A stretch of DNA of 64,000 nt from Chloroherpetonaceae bacterium (GCA_046292465.1 JBKBRB010000002.1:22063-86062), one strand, 5' to 3'; numbered from the stretch's first letter, positions 26,924-36,508 are shown. Made by a program: numbers and translations. The notes: generated by a model from the sequence alone, not told the origin.

Positions 26924-29900
26924 ATGACGACAGAAACGCTTGCTTCGCCAACCTTGAACGGCACATCACTTCACGACGGCACTGCGCAAACCAATCCACT
27001 TCGCACCAAGCGCGACTTCGACGAAATGCGCAAAGCCTGCGAAAAAGATTTAGGCAAATTTCATGGCGATATTGCCAAACGCGAAATTCACTGGTTCGAC
27101 CCAAAACTCAACGCTTGGATTATTTACTCCGACACCGAAAAAAAATGGCTCGGCATTGATGCAAAAACCGGCAAGCCTGTCGACGTCAATTACCCCGAAT
27201 CGCACACGCCTTGGAAAATTGCTTTCGATGACTCACGCGCCCCGTTCTATCAATGGTTCAAAGGTGGCTTGACGAACGCCTGCTTCAACGAAATTGACCG
27301 ACACGTCGCTAACGGCTTCGGCGATGAAATTGCCTTCCACTTCGAAGGCGACCGCTGGGACGCCACCAAAAACAATGGCAAAGGCGGACCCGTCACGGCT
27401 TTCAGCATCACACGCAAAGCCCTCATGCTGGAAGTTGCAAAATGCGCCCTTGCACTTCAATCGCTCGGCTTGAAAAAAGGCGACCGCGTTTGCCTCAATA
27501 TGCCCAACATCATGGAGCAGATTTATTACACCGAAGCCTGCAAACGCCTTGGCATTATTTACACCGCAGTCTTTGGCGGCTTTTCCGATAAAACGCTCTC
27601 CGACCGAATCCACAACGCCGGCGCAAGCGTGGTCATTACCAGCGACGGCTCTTACCGCAATGCGCAAGTCGTCGCATTCAAAGAAGAATACACCGATAAA
27701 GCCCTCGATAACTACATTCCGCTTGATGTTGCACTCAATATCACAACAGCAAAACTCAAAGCGTTGAAAGTCGCGCCGAAAGTTGCCAGCGCGATTGTTG
27801 AAAAAATTCAGTCCAATCTCAAAGACGAAATCACCACTGAACGCGCTGATGTGATGCGCGCGGTCGGACAAGCCCTCTCGCACTTGCGCGGACTTTCGAT
27901 TCAAGAGAAATCCAAAATTCGCGTCGAACTTGCCAAAGCCCTCGTCGATTCACCGCCGCGTGTCAAAGCCGTTATCGTCGTCAAACACACTGGACAAGAC
28001 ATCAACTGGCGAAAAGAACGCGATAAGTGGTCGCATGAACTCTTGGCGCAAGCCACAAAAACCTTGATTGCTAACGCCAAAAAAGCCGGCATTTCCGTCT
28101 CCTCTGAAAAAGAGTTGCTTGCGCTCGATACTGAAAAATTCATCAAAGCCATTTATGCCTCTGTGCCGTGCGAACCTGTTGATGCCGAGTATCCGCTCTT
28201 CTTCATTTACACATCAGGCTCAACGGGCAAGCCCAAAGGTGTGGTGCATGTTCACGGCGGCTATGCGTCAGGCGTGGCTTACACGATGAAAGTTTCCTTT
28301 GATGCGCGTCCGGGCAAAGACACCATGTATGTGATTGCCGACCCGGGCTGGATTACAGGACAGTCTTACATGATTGCCGCTTCACTCTTAGCGCGCGTAA
28401 CCGGCGTTGTCTGCGAAGGCTCACCGCTCTTTCCAAGCGCAGGTCGATATGCCTCAACCATTGAGCGTTATGGCGTTACGATTTTCAAAGCCGGCGTTAC
28501 CTTTCTCAAATCTGTGATGACCAACCCGCTCAATGTTGCCGAAGTCAAGCAATACTCGATGAACACGCTTCGTGTGGCAACCTTCTGCGCTGAGCCGTGC
28601 AGTCCCGCTGTTCAAGAGTTTGGGATGAACATCATGACGCGCCAATACATCAACTCGTATTGGGCAACCGAACATGGCGGCATTGTGTGGACGCACTTCT
28701 ACGGCAATCCTGATTTTCCGCTCAACCCTGACACGCACACTTACCCACTTCCTTGGGTTTTCGGCGACGTGTGGGTTTCGCAAGGCACCGATAAGCAAGG
28801 TCGACAAATCTACCGCTCCGCCGACTATGAAGAGAAAGGCGAAATCGTTATCACGAAACCCTACCCTTACCTTGCGCGCACTATCTGGGGCGATGCTGAC
28901 AACTTCCTCAAAAAATTCGAGCAAGGCAAATGGATGGGCGATTTTGAGCGATATAAAAAAACCTATTGGGATAGATGGAGCGATGGTAAAAAACAAGTCT
29001 GGGCTTACACACAAGGCGACTTTGCAATGAAGTATCCCGATGGCTCCTTCACCTTGCACGGACGCAGCGACGATGTGATTAACGTCTCTGGGCACCGCAT
29101 GGGCACGGAAGAAATCGAGGGCGCAATTTTGAAAGATAAATCGCTCAATCCTGATTCGCCTGTGGGCAATGTGATTGTGGTTGGCGCGCCGCATCGTGAA
29201 AAAGGTCTCACGCCTGTGGCATTTCTCTTGCCTGCACCCGGACGGCACATCACGCAAGACGATATGCGTCGGCTTTCGGAACTTGTGCGCAAAGAAAAAG
29301 GCGCAGTGAGCGTGCCAAGCGATTACATCGTGGTCTCGGCTTTTCCCGAAACGCGAAGTGGCAAGTATATGCGCCGTTTTCTCAAAAATATGATTAACGA
29401 TGAACCGCTCGGCGACACGACCACGCTTCGCAATCCTGAATCGCTTGTCGAAATCCGCAAAAAAATCGAGGAGTGGAAGCAAAAGCAAGCGACGGAAGAA
29501 TCGCAAGTGATGTTTGAAAATTTCCGTTACTTCCGCATTCAGTATGCGCCCGTCAAAGAAGGCGAAATGCTTGCGGTGGTAACGATTTCCAATCCGCCCG
29601 TCAATGCGCTCAATGAACGATGCTTGGATGAACTGAACACGGTGGTCGACCGGCTCTCGCGCAACGATGCGGTCAAAGCCGTGATTTTCACCGGCGCAGG
29701 CACAAAGTCGTTTGTGGCAGGCGCGGACATTAAGCAGTTCTACGAAGAAATTCAAACCGAAGAAGATGCGCTCACGCTTCCGAACAATGCGCACCTTGCT
29801 TTCCGCAAAATTGAGCAGATGAACAAACCTGTCATTGCGGCAATTAACGGCGTTGCGCTTGGCGGCGGCAATGAATTTGCGCTGGCGTGCCATTATCGCA

Positions 29901-30010
29901 TTGCCGATGCAACGGCAACCTTCGGTCAACCTGAAATCAACCTGCGTCTTATTCCGGGCTATGGTGGCACACAACGCTTGCCGAGAATTTTGGGAGAGAA
30001 AAAATTGTAA
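26924..30010 (+). CDS. pcs: Propionyl-CoA synthase N-terminal part: acyl-CoA synthetase domain plus most of the enoyl-CoA hydratase domain
   Basis: YTSGSTGKPKG, YWATEHGG, GRSDDVINVSGHR, ETRSGKYMRR, then crotonase PPVNAL, FVAGADI, GGGNE, QPEINL, GYGGTQRLPRIL followed by a stop. Confidence 0.85.
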   Translation: MTTETLASPTLNGTSLHDGTAQTNPLRTKRDFDEMRKACEKDLGKFHGDIAKREIHWFDPKLNAWIIYSDTEKKWLGIDAKTGKPVDVNYPESHTPWKIAFDDSRAPFYQWFKGGLTNACFNEIDRHVANGFGDEIAFHFEGDRWDATKNNGKGGPVTAFSITRKALMLEVAKCALALQSLGLKKGDRVCLNMPNIMEQIYYTEACKRLGIIYTAVFGGFSDKTLSDRIHNAGASVVITSDGSYRNAQVVAFKEEYTDKALDNYIPLDVALNITTAKLKALKVAPKVASAIVEKIQSNLKDEITTERADVMRAVGQALSHLRGLSIQEKSKIRVELAKALVDSPPRVKAVIVVKHTGQDINWRKERDKWSHELLAQATKTLIANAKKAGISVSSEKELLALDTEKFIKAIYASVPCEPVDAEYPLFFIYTSGSTGKPKGVVHVHGGYASGVAYTMKVSFDARPGKDTMYVIADPGWITGQSYMIAASLLARVTGVVCEGSPLFPSAGRYASTIERYGVTIFKAGVTFLKSVMTNPLNVAEVKQYSMNTLRVATFCAEPCSPAVQEFGMNIMTRQYINSYWATEHGGIVWTHFYGNPDFPLNPDTHTYPLPWVFGDVWVSQGTDKQGRQIYRSADYEEKGEIVITKPYPYLARTIWGDADNFLKKFEQGKWMGDFERYKKTYWDRWSDGKKQVWAYTQGDFAMKYPDGSFTLHGRSDDVINVSGHRMGTEEIEGAILKDKSLNPDSPVGNVIVVGAPHREKGLTPVAFLLPAPGRHITQDDMRRLSELVRKEKGAVSVPSDYIVVSAFPETRSGKYMRRFLKNMINDEPLGDTTTLRNPESLVEIRKKIEEWKQKQATEESQVMFENFRYFRIQYAPVKEGEMLAVVTISNPPVNALNERCLDELNTVVDRLSRNDAVKAVIFTGAGTKSFVAGADIKQFYEEIQTEEDALTLPNNAHLAFRKIEQMNKPVIAAINGVALGGGNEFALACHYRIADATATFGQPEINLRLIPGYGGTQRLPRILGEKKL
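29967..29993 (+). repeat. 27-bp direct repeat, copy 1 (3' end of the pcs N-part)
   Basis: gcacacaacgcttgccgagaattttgg, identical to 31628-31654. Confidence 0.95.
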
Positions 30011-31590
30011 TGGGCTCGCTAACTAAAACTTACGATAATCAAAAGTTATTAGGGCAGGTTTACACGCCGCGTTTTGTGGTAGAAAAAATCCTGACCGATA
30101 TTGGTTTTGATAATCGAAGTGTATTAGAAAAAACTATTTTAGACCCTGCTTGTGGCGACGGACGCTTTCTGACCGTAGTAGCCGAAAAAATTATAGAACT
30201 TTCACCAAAAGAAAAGTTACAGGAAAATTTAGAAAAAATTCATGGTTGGGATATTGATGAAAAAGCCATTGCCTACTGCGTTGATAATCTGAATGAATTG
30301 ATAAAGCCGTTTGATATACAAGTAAATTGGAATCTTCAAATTTGCAATTCACTAAAAAAAATTACTGAGTTTGATTCGCCAAAATTTGATTTTATTGTTG
30401 GCAATCCTCCTTACATTCGCATACAGCATTTGGAAGAAGCCGAGCGAAAATTTATTCAGAAATTCTATAAATTTTGCAAGAGTGGCTCTACCGATACTTA
30501 CATTGCGTTTTATGAATTATGTAATTTCTTGCTCAAAGAAGATGGCAAGTGCGGATTAATTACACCAAATACATTTTTTTACAGTGAAACGGCAAAATTT
30601 ATGCGTGCCTATTTTTCCAGAAAGCAAACGCTCATCAAAATTGTTAATTATGCTGACATTCAACTGTTTGGTAATGCTACGACATATAGTGCTATTACAA
30701 TTTTTGGAAAAGCATTCAATAAGACTTTCACTTATGAACAAGCGAAAACGCCAACGACTTTTGAACAGCGCATCATCAATTTCAGCGAAATTAAGAACAG
30801 GAAAATTTGGCAGTTAAGTGTTAATCCGAACCCAGAGCAAGAAGGCGTAAAACTGAAAGAGATTTGCCACATTCACGTCGGCATTACAACCCTTTGCGAT
30901 AAGGCTTATATTTTTCCAATTCAAGAGATAGAAAATGAACCTGATTATGTCTTCGCCAGAACATACTTCAAAGGCTTAGTAAAATTAGAAAAGTCTATTT
31001 TGAAACCGATTATCAAAGCCTCAAAACTCAAAAGTAGTGCCGATAAAATTAAAGAATATATTTTGTTTCCTTACCAAAAAATAAATGGTAGACATAAAAT
31101 TATTCCTGAAGATGTGCTAAAAGCCAAGTTTCCATTAGCCTACCAATACCTTTTGAGTGTAAAAAGCGAATTGGATAAACGAGATAACGGTAAACCGAAT
31201 CCCGTTGCGTGGTATGCTTTCGGCAGAAGTCAGGGATTGGATACAAGTTTTGGTAAGAAAATTTTGTTTTCGCCGATGAACAATAAGCCTAATTTTATTT
31301 TGTCAGAAAACGAAGAAAGCACCTTTTATTCAGGCTACTGCATTAAATATGATGGCGACTATGAGTTTTTATTAGAGCAATTAAATTCACAGCGATTAGC
31401 CGATTTTATTGCGGTTTCAAGCCGTGATTTTCGTGGTGGTTGGAAAGCATACAATAAAAAAGCCTTAGAAGAATTTACGATAATCATACCGCACGATAAA
31501 CTCGTGAAAACCCAAAAAGTAAACTTGCACTATGCGAAATGGGCTGAAAGCGAGACAAATGTGCTCACTTTGGACTTTGATGCTTGCTAA
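30010..31590 (+). CDS. Orphan N6-adenine DNA methyltransferase (gamma class, Eco57I/TaqI-like) with TRD
   Basis: GQVYTP (motif X), LDPACGDGRF (motif I), VGNPPY (motif IV), WYAFGRSQ. ATG overlaps the pcs stop (TAATG). Visibly more AT-rich than the flanks. Confidence 0.88.
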   Translation: MGSLTKTYDNQKLLGQVYTPRFVVEKILTDIGFDNRSVLEKTILDPACGDGRFLTVVAEKIIELSPKEKLQENLEKIHGWDIDEKAIAYCVDNLNELIKPFDIQVNWNLQICNSLKKITEFDSPKFDFIVGNPPYIRIQHLEEAERKFIQKFYKFCKSGSTDTYIAFYELCNFLLKEDGKCGLITPNTFFYSETAKFMRAYFSRKQTLIKIVNYADIQLFGNATTYSAITIFGKAFNKTFTYEQAKTPTTFEQRIINFSEIKNRKIWQLSVNPNPEQEGVKLKEICHIHVGITTLCDKAYIFPIQEIENEPDYVFARTYFKGLVKLEKSILKPIIKASKLKSSADKIKEYILFPYQKINGRHKIIPEDVLKAKFPLAYQYLLSVKSELDKRDNGKPNPVAWYAFGRSQGLDTSFGKKILFSPMNNKPNFILSENEESTFYSGYCIKYDGDYEFLLEQLNSQRLADFIAVSSRDFRGGWKAYNKKALEEFTIIIPHDKLVKTQKVNLHYAKWAESETNVLTLDFDAC

Positions 31591-31627
31591 ACACAACTGT
31601 AGAATTTGACAACAACTCGCTACAGTA

Positions 31628-31654
31628 GCACACAACGCTTGCCGAGAATTTTGG
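31628..31654 (+). repeat. 27-bp direct repeat, copy 2
   Basis: Identical to 29967-29993; in the pcs frame it reads YSSTQRLPRILEQNAKQ*. Confidence 0.95.
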
Positions 31655-31747
31655 AGCAAAACGCAAAACAGTAGCCAACAGGAAAATCATTTTTTTACAG
31701 TCGTTTGTTTGATAATGCTATGACTCATCACAGTTAAACTACAAACT

Positions 31748-31963
31748 ATGAAAACCTTAAAAGTTCAGAAAAAAGGCTTATTGATTCCGAAACGGTTGCT
31801 TAAAAATGCTAACAAGGTTCATGTTTTGGAGGAAAATGGGAAAATTATCATCATGCCAATTTTGCACGATGACCCGATATTCAATCTCGGAAAACACCCA
31901 ATCCATTTAGGGATTCAAGACGCTTCTGTAAACTTGGACAATTATTTGTATGAAGGCAAATAA
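31748..31963 (+). CDS. Putative antitoxin (AbrB-like) of a PIN TA pair
   Basis: 71 aa, GLLIPKRLL..ENGKIIIMP..DASVNLDNYLY; overlaps the PIN gene start. Confidence 0.7.
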   Translation: MKTLKVQKKGLLIPKRLLKNANKVHVLEENGKIIIMPILHDDPIFNLGKHPIHLGIQDASVNLDNYLYEGK

Positions 31964-32375
31964 TCACTACTTTATTGATACAAGTTACATCATCGCATTA
32001 GAGATTTCAGACGACCAACACCACTTGCAAGCCCTGTCGCATTGGAATCGTCTCATTTCAAAACCGATTTATTTATCAACTACCTCATATGTGTTTGATG
32101 AAGTCGTAACTTTCTTCAATACACGCAAGTATCATTCAAAAGCATTAGAAGTCGGTAGATATTTATTAGATAGTCCTTCTGTGAATGTAGTTTTCGTTAG
32201 TGAAGCTCTCTTCTACGAAGGCTGGCAATACTTTCAAAAGCATGCGGATAAAACTTTTTCGTTAACAGATTGTCTTTCTTTTCTTGTGATGAAGAAGTTT
32301 CAAATCAATACAGCCTTGACTTTTGACAAGCATTTTTCCCAAGCCGGATTTACAGTTCAACCAACAAAACGTTAA
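31950..32375 (+). CDS. vapC: PIN-domain (VapC-like) toxin
   Basis: FIDTSYIIAL, TTSYVFDEV, SLTDCLSF, TFDKHF carry the conserved acidic residues. Confidence 0.85.
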   Translation: MKANNHYFIDTSYIIALEISDDQHHLQALSHWNRLISKPIYLSTTSYVFDEVVTFFNTRKYHSKALEVGRYLLDSPSVNVVFVSEALFYEGWQYFQKHADKTFSLTDCLSFLVMKKFQINTALTFDKHFSQAGFTVQPTKR

Positions 32376-32502
32376 GTTTTTCACTTGTATACACCGTTAC
32401 GGTCTTAACTTACGGATTTGAGTTCTACAAGTGCTCTCTCAAGTTAGACACAAAGTTTAGCCAATACAGATTCAAGTTCTTAACCTTTTCAATACTACGA
32501 CC

Positions 32503-34878
32503 ATGACACAACAGGAAGCCTTCAAAATTGCCCTTCAACTTCTTCTTTCAGGTCGCTCGATTGATGCCAATACTGCCAAAGAAATCGGACTTGTTGACGA
32601 ACTCGCCGACAGCGACGCTGTTATTCGCGCCACAGAACTTGCACGCGAATTTATTGCAGGCACAAACGGTCAATCGTTGAAATCAGCCTTTGAAGCACGT
32701 CGCGCCGCCACTCAATCGTGGGAGTTGCCCACTCAATTTCCTGAATCGCTCTTGCAAGACCCCGATATTCAAACGTTGATTGGCTCGCTCAAACACTCCG
32801 GGCGAGAAAAAGCCGTTGAGAAAATTTTGCACGCTTTGCGCGTTGGCTTTGAACAAGGCTTTTCAAAAGGGATTGAAACTGAAGCCAAACTTTTTGCTCA
32901 AGCCGTTGTAGCACGCGATGAAGGCAAAGCCGGCATCGAAGCGTTTTTGAATAAGCAAGCCAAGCCACTTCCACCACGTCCGCTGCGCATTAAAATCACT
33001 CCTGAACAAGAACAAGAACTCCTTGCAAAGGGCGATTTGCTTCCTGTTGATGCACCGTTCTTTCCAGGCATAACGAAAATTCCGAAGTATCAATACGCAC
33101 TTGCGGTCGTGCGCGATGAAAAAACCGGCGCGATTCCACACGGCGACCCGATTAAAGCCGAACAAAAAGTCATTACCACCGTTCCCGAACCTTCGCCGAA
33201 TGAAGTGCTACTTTATATGCTCACCAGCGAAATTAACTTCAACGACATTTGGGGCATTCAAGGCATTCCCGTCTCGCAAATGGAGGCGAACGACCAAGAT
33301 GTTTATATCACAGGAAGCGGCGGACTTGCGCTCATTGTTGCCGTCGGCTCGGAAGTCTTGCGCGAAGGACGCTTGAAAGTGGGCGACTTGGTTACGGTTT
33401 ATTCAGGGCAATCGGATTTGCTTTCACCACAAGCCGCCTTAGACCCCATGTTCTGCGACTTCAGAATTCAAGGCTACGAAACCGGCGATGGCTCGCATCA
33501 ACAATTTATGGTCTCGCAAGCCCCGCAATGCCACAAAAAGCCACAAGACCTCACACTTGAAGCGGCAGGCAGTTATGTGCTCAACGTTGGCACGGTTTTT
33601 CGCGCACTTTTCACGACACTTCAAATCGAGAGCAACAAATCCATTTTCATTGAAGGCGCGGCAACTGGCACTGGCAACGAAGCCTTGAAAATCGCCGTCA
33701 AATCAGGCTTGAATGTGATTGGGCTTGTCTCAAGCGATGAGCGCGGCAAAAGTATCGAGGCACAAGGCGCAAAGTATATCAACCGTAAAGACAAATCGCT
33801 TGAGAAGATTTTCACCAAGATTCCTGAAAAGCCAAGCGACATCAAAAAGTGGGCGAAAGATGGTGAAGTTTTCCTAAAAAAAATCAAATCGCACAACGGC
33901 GGCAAACTTGTCGATTATGCAGTCTCGCATGCAGGCGAGCAATCCTTTCCGCGCACGTTTCAAGCCTTAGCGCAAGGCGGCACGCTCACCTTCTACGGCG
34001 CATCGAGCGGCTATCACTTTACTTTTCTCGGCAAGAAAGGCACATCCACACCTGACGCCATGCTCTCCAAAATTCGCTTCCGCGCTAATGACTCTGCGCT
34101 GTGTTATTACGGCACAAGCGTCGATAAGTCGGGCATTGTTGACGAAGTCGGATTGGAAATCATTGAGACTTTGCGTGAGCGTAAGGCTCGCATTGTGGTT
34201 GCGTGTTACACCGATGCACAAAAGGAATTTATCGAGTCGCTCGGTTTTGGCGATTCCATCAAAAGTGTGATTTCACTTGAAGCAATGAAACGGCGTTACC
34301 AAGATGATTTTGAGTGGCAAGCACCAATGAAATCTCTACCTGACGCCCGCAAGGAAACAGCGAAGTTCAAACAAGCGGTGCAGGAGTTTAACGACAAAAC
34401 GCTCAAACCCTTTGGTGGTGAAGTTGGCAAAGCCTTGCGTTCGCCTGATAATCCGCGCGGCAATCCTGATGTGGTTTTTGAGCGTGCAGGTCATGATGCA
34501 CTTGCCGTGTCGACAGCGGTCGTTAAGCCTTTCACAGGCAAAGTGATTTATTCAGAGGAAATGAACGGCAAGCGATATAGTTTTTATGCGCCACAAGTGT
34601 GGATGCGTCAGCGCCGAATTTACATGCCTTCCGCCAACATCTTCGGCACGCACCTTTGCAACGCTTATGAAGTTTCCGTCATGAACGATATGGTTGACGC
34701 TGGCCTGATTGAAATCTCGGAACCTTATGTCGTTAGTTTCGATGAAATTCCGCAAGCGCATCAAGATATGTGGGAAAATAAGCACAAAGCAGGCAATTAT
34801 GTCGGCAATCATTGCTTACCGCAAACAGGCTTGAAGACAAAGGAAGAACTTTTCAATGCGTGGAGTTTGAAGAAGTAG
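32503..34878 (+). CDS. pcs: Propionyl-CoA synthase C-terminal part: end of the crotonase domain plus acrylyl-CoA reductase (MDR/Ccr-like) domain
   Basis: Starts ALQLLLSGRSIDANTAKEIGLVD (the crotonase continuation); SEINFNDIW, IQGYET, nucleotide-binding IEGAATGTG, YAPQVWMRQRRI. Confidence 0.85.
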   Translation: MTQQEAFKIALQLLLSGRSIDANTAKEIGLVDELADSDAVIRATELAREFIAGTNGQSLKSAFEARRAATQSWELPTQFPESLLQDPDIQTLIGSLKHSGREKAVEKILHALRVGFEQGFSKGIETEAKLFAQAVVARDEGKAGIEAFLNKQAKPLPPRPLRIKITPEQEQELLAKGDLLPVDAPFFPGITKIPKYQYALAVVRDEKTGAIPHGDPIKAEQKVITTVPEPSPNEVLLYMLTSEINFNDIWGIQGIPVSQMEANDQDVYITGSGGLALIVAVGSEVLREGRLKVGDLVTVYSGQSDLLSPQAALDPMFCDFRIQGYETGDGSHQQFMVSQAPQCHKKPQDLTLEAAGSYVLNVGTVFRALFTTLQIESNKSIFIEGAATGTGNEALKIAVKSGLNVIGLVSSDERGKSIEAQGAKYINRKDKSLEKIFTKIPEKPSDIKKWAKDGEVFLKKIKSHNGGKLVDYAVSHAGEQSFPRTFQALAQGGTLTFYGASSGYHFTFLGKKGTSTPDAMLSKIRFRANDSALCYYGTSVDKSGIVDEVGLEIIETLRERKARIVVACYTDAQKEFIESLGFGDSIKSVISLEAMKRRYQDDFEWQAPMKSLPDARKETAKFKQAVQEFNDKTLKPFGGEVGKALRSPDNPRGNPDVVFERAGHDALAVSTAVVKPFTGKVIYSEEMNGKRYSFYAPQVWMRQRRIYMPSANIFGTHLCNAYEVSVMNDMVDAGLIEISEPYVVSFDEIPQAHQDMWENKHKAGNYVGNHCLPQTGLKTKEELFNAWSLKK

Positions 34879-34988
34879 GCTGTTCTTGTCTCAATAGCTA
34901 CGAAGCATTGTCTCTTATTGCGATTAGAGAAGGTTTTTATTTGCAAGCCCTTCTCTCTACATTCGCGCATAACTTAACTGAACAACTG

Positions 34989-35272
34989 ATGACGAAAACT
35001 CTTGAAGCAATTTATGACGGCGAAGACTTGAAACTTACCGAACCGCTTAACTTGCCACCAAATACCAAAGTAAAAATCACCATTGATGTTCTAAGCGATA
35101 TTGAGGTGAATGAAAAAAGAAAAGCACTGTTTGACGCATTAGAAAAAACACAGGGCATTTGAGCAAATCGCTCTGATAACGATAAAGTCTATCGAGAATT
35201 AGAGGAAAATTGGGAAAAATGGAACAACGAACTCAAATCCTTGTCGACACGACCATCTTAATTCCACGCTAA
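34989..35272 (+). pseudogene. Decayed TA pair: DUF104/AF2212-like antitoxin with premature TGA plus 17-aa PIN stub
   Basis: MTKTLEAIYDGEDLKLTEPLNLPPNTKV..QGI* and the frame continues ANRSD..WEKWNNELKS. Overlapping ATG at 35219 gives MEQRTQILVDTTILIPR*. Confidence 0.7.
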
Positions 35273-35403
35273 TCGCTCAAAACAGAGTCCCAGACCTGTC
35301 TTTAATTCACTTGTAACTCTCTTCTTGCTTTACCAATCGATAAGCGTTTCTCGCGCTTCTTTTTTACATTTGCACGCCACAACAACTGACGCACGTATCT
35401 ATC

Positions 35404-36012
35404 ATGGACGACATACAAGCACTGAACCTCGACCTCTTTTTTGCGATTAACAACGGGCTTAAAAGTCCGCTCGGCGATGTGTTTTTAGGCTACACGACTT
35501 ATTTGGGTGACGGCATGGTGATGTATCCGCTTGCAATTCTCGGACTGTTTTTGATAGACCGTAAGCGATTTTGGACGCACTTCGGATTTGTCGCCATAGC
35601 GGCGGTTCTTGGCGGTGTAGTTGCGCAAGTTTTGAAGTCTTATTTCAACGCGCCGCGTCCGCTTGCGTTTTTTGCCGAAGCGATTCAACATGGCGAGGTG
35701 GTGGTAAATGTGATGTTTGAGCCACTTCGTGCTCGTTCATTTCCGTCAGGGCACTCGCAGACGGCGTTCACATTTGCGCACATGTTTTCGTTTCTTCTTT
35801 CGCGCACTTCCCTTAACAAAAATCAAGTGCGTATGTTGCAAGTTGTGCTTTATAGTTTAGCCACATTGACCTCTCTTTCGCGCGTTTATGTCGGCGTGCA
35901 TTTTCCAATTGATATTTTGGCGGGAGCGGCGATTGGCATTTTCTTTTCTCAACTTGTGATTTGGGGCGTTCGCTTTTATGAAACTTCAAACATTCTGAAA
36001 CCTTCTTCCTGA
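35404..36012 (+). CDS. PAP2 family phosphatase
   Basis: K......RP, SFPSGH, SRVYVGVHFPID. Confidence 0.9.
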   Translation: MDDIQALNLDLFFAINNGLKSPLGDVFLGYTTYLGDGMVMYPLAILGLFLIDRKRFWTHFGFVAIAAVLGGVVAQVLKSYFNAPRPLAFFAEAIQHGEVVVNVMFEPLRARSFPSGHSQTAFTFAHMFSFLLSRTSLNKNQVRMLQVVLYSLATLTSLSRVYVGVHFPIDILAGAAIGIFFSQLVIWGVRFYETSNILKPSS

Positions 36013-36019
36013 ATTAGCG

Positions 36020-36502
36020 ATGTTTTTTCGTCTTCAAAGTCTTTACCTTTTGCTTGCGCTTTTGTGCGCGCTCTTCAACATGAATTTCTATCCATTTTGG
36101 CGATACGATTTTCTCGCGCCTGACGGCTCGGCAATCTCCGAACCGATGTGGCTGTATGGACTTTCAATTTTTGGTCGGAGTGGCGAAGTTAGCCTTGTTT
36201 TTTATGCGTTTAACATTGCACTGTGTTTGAGCGGTGTGCTTGCACTTGTTTCGCTTTTTCTTTTCAAGAATCGCAAGCGTCAAGCCTTGCTGTGTTATGT
36301 CGGGACGTTAGTTTCGTTTATCGCCGTTGCGTGCGCACTTCTTGCTTCGTTTGCGTTGAAGTCAAAACTTGGCAACGACGCCGTTGAAAGCACGCCTGAA
36401 CTTGGCTTTTATGCGCTTGCGTTTATGCCGATTCTCTTTTTCGTTGCCGCACGCGCGATTTCAAAAGATGAAGAAATTGCAACCGCTTATCAACGGCTTT
36501 AA
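36020..36502 (+). CDS. DUF4293-like membrane protein
   Basis: RLQSLYLL, FLFKNRKRQ, AISKDEEI..RL. Confidence 0.75.
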   Translation: MFFRLQSLYLLLALLCALFNMNFYPFWRYDFLAPDGSAISEPMWLYGLSIFGRSGEVSLVFYAFNIALCLSGVLALVSLFLFKNRKRQALLCYVGTLVSFIAVACALLASFALKSKLGNDAVESTPELGFYALAFMPILFFVAARAISKDEEIATAYQRL

Positions 36503-36508
36503 CACACG

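Noticed and set aside
28454-29974. 506-aa antisense ORF and many similar antisense or alternative-frame ORFs
   Set aside because: They are shadows of well-supported genes on the other strand or frame and contain no motifs.
32371-32449. Possible integron attC site (GTTAAGT, gtcttaac..gttagac)
   Set aside because: The R''/R' match is imperfect, the spacing is short, and no L boxes or integrase are visible.
29967-32503. Idea that DNA excision, an intron or an intein restores a fused pcs
   Set aside because: Recombination between the 27-bp repeats leaves ..RILEQNAKQ* and the TA pair in place. There is no third repeat near 32503 and no visible group I/II intron, RT or intein motif.
35160-35162. 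TGA recoding (Trp/Sec readthrough) in the antitoxin
   Set aside because: TGA ends many normal genes in this window, and the partner toxin is truncated, so decay is the simpler explanation.
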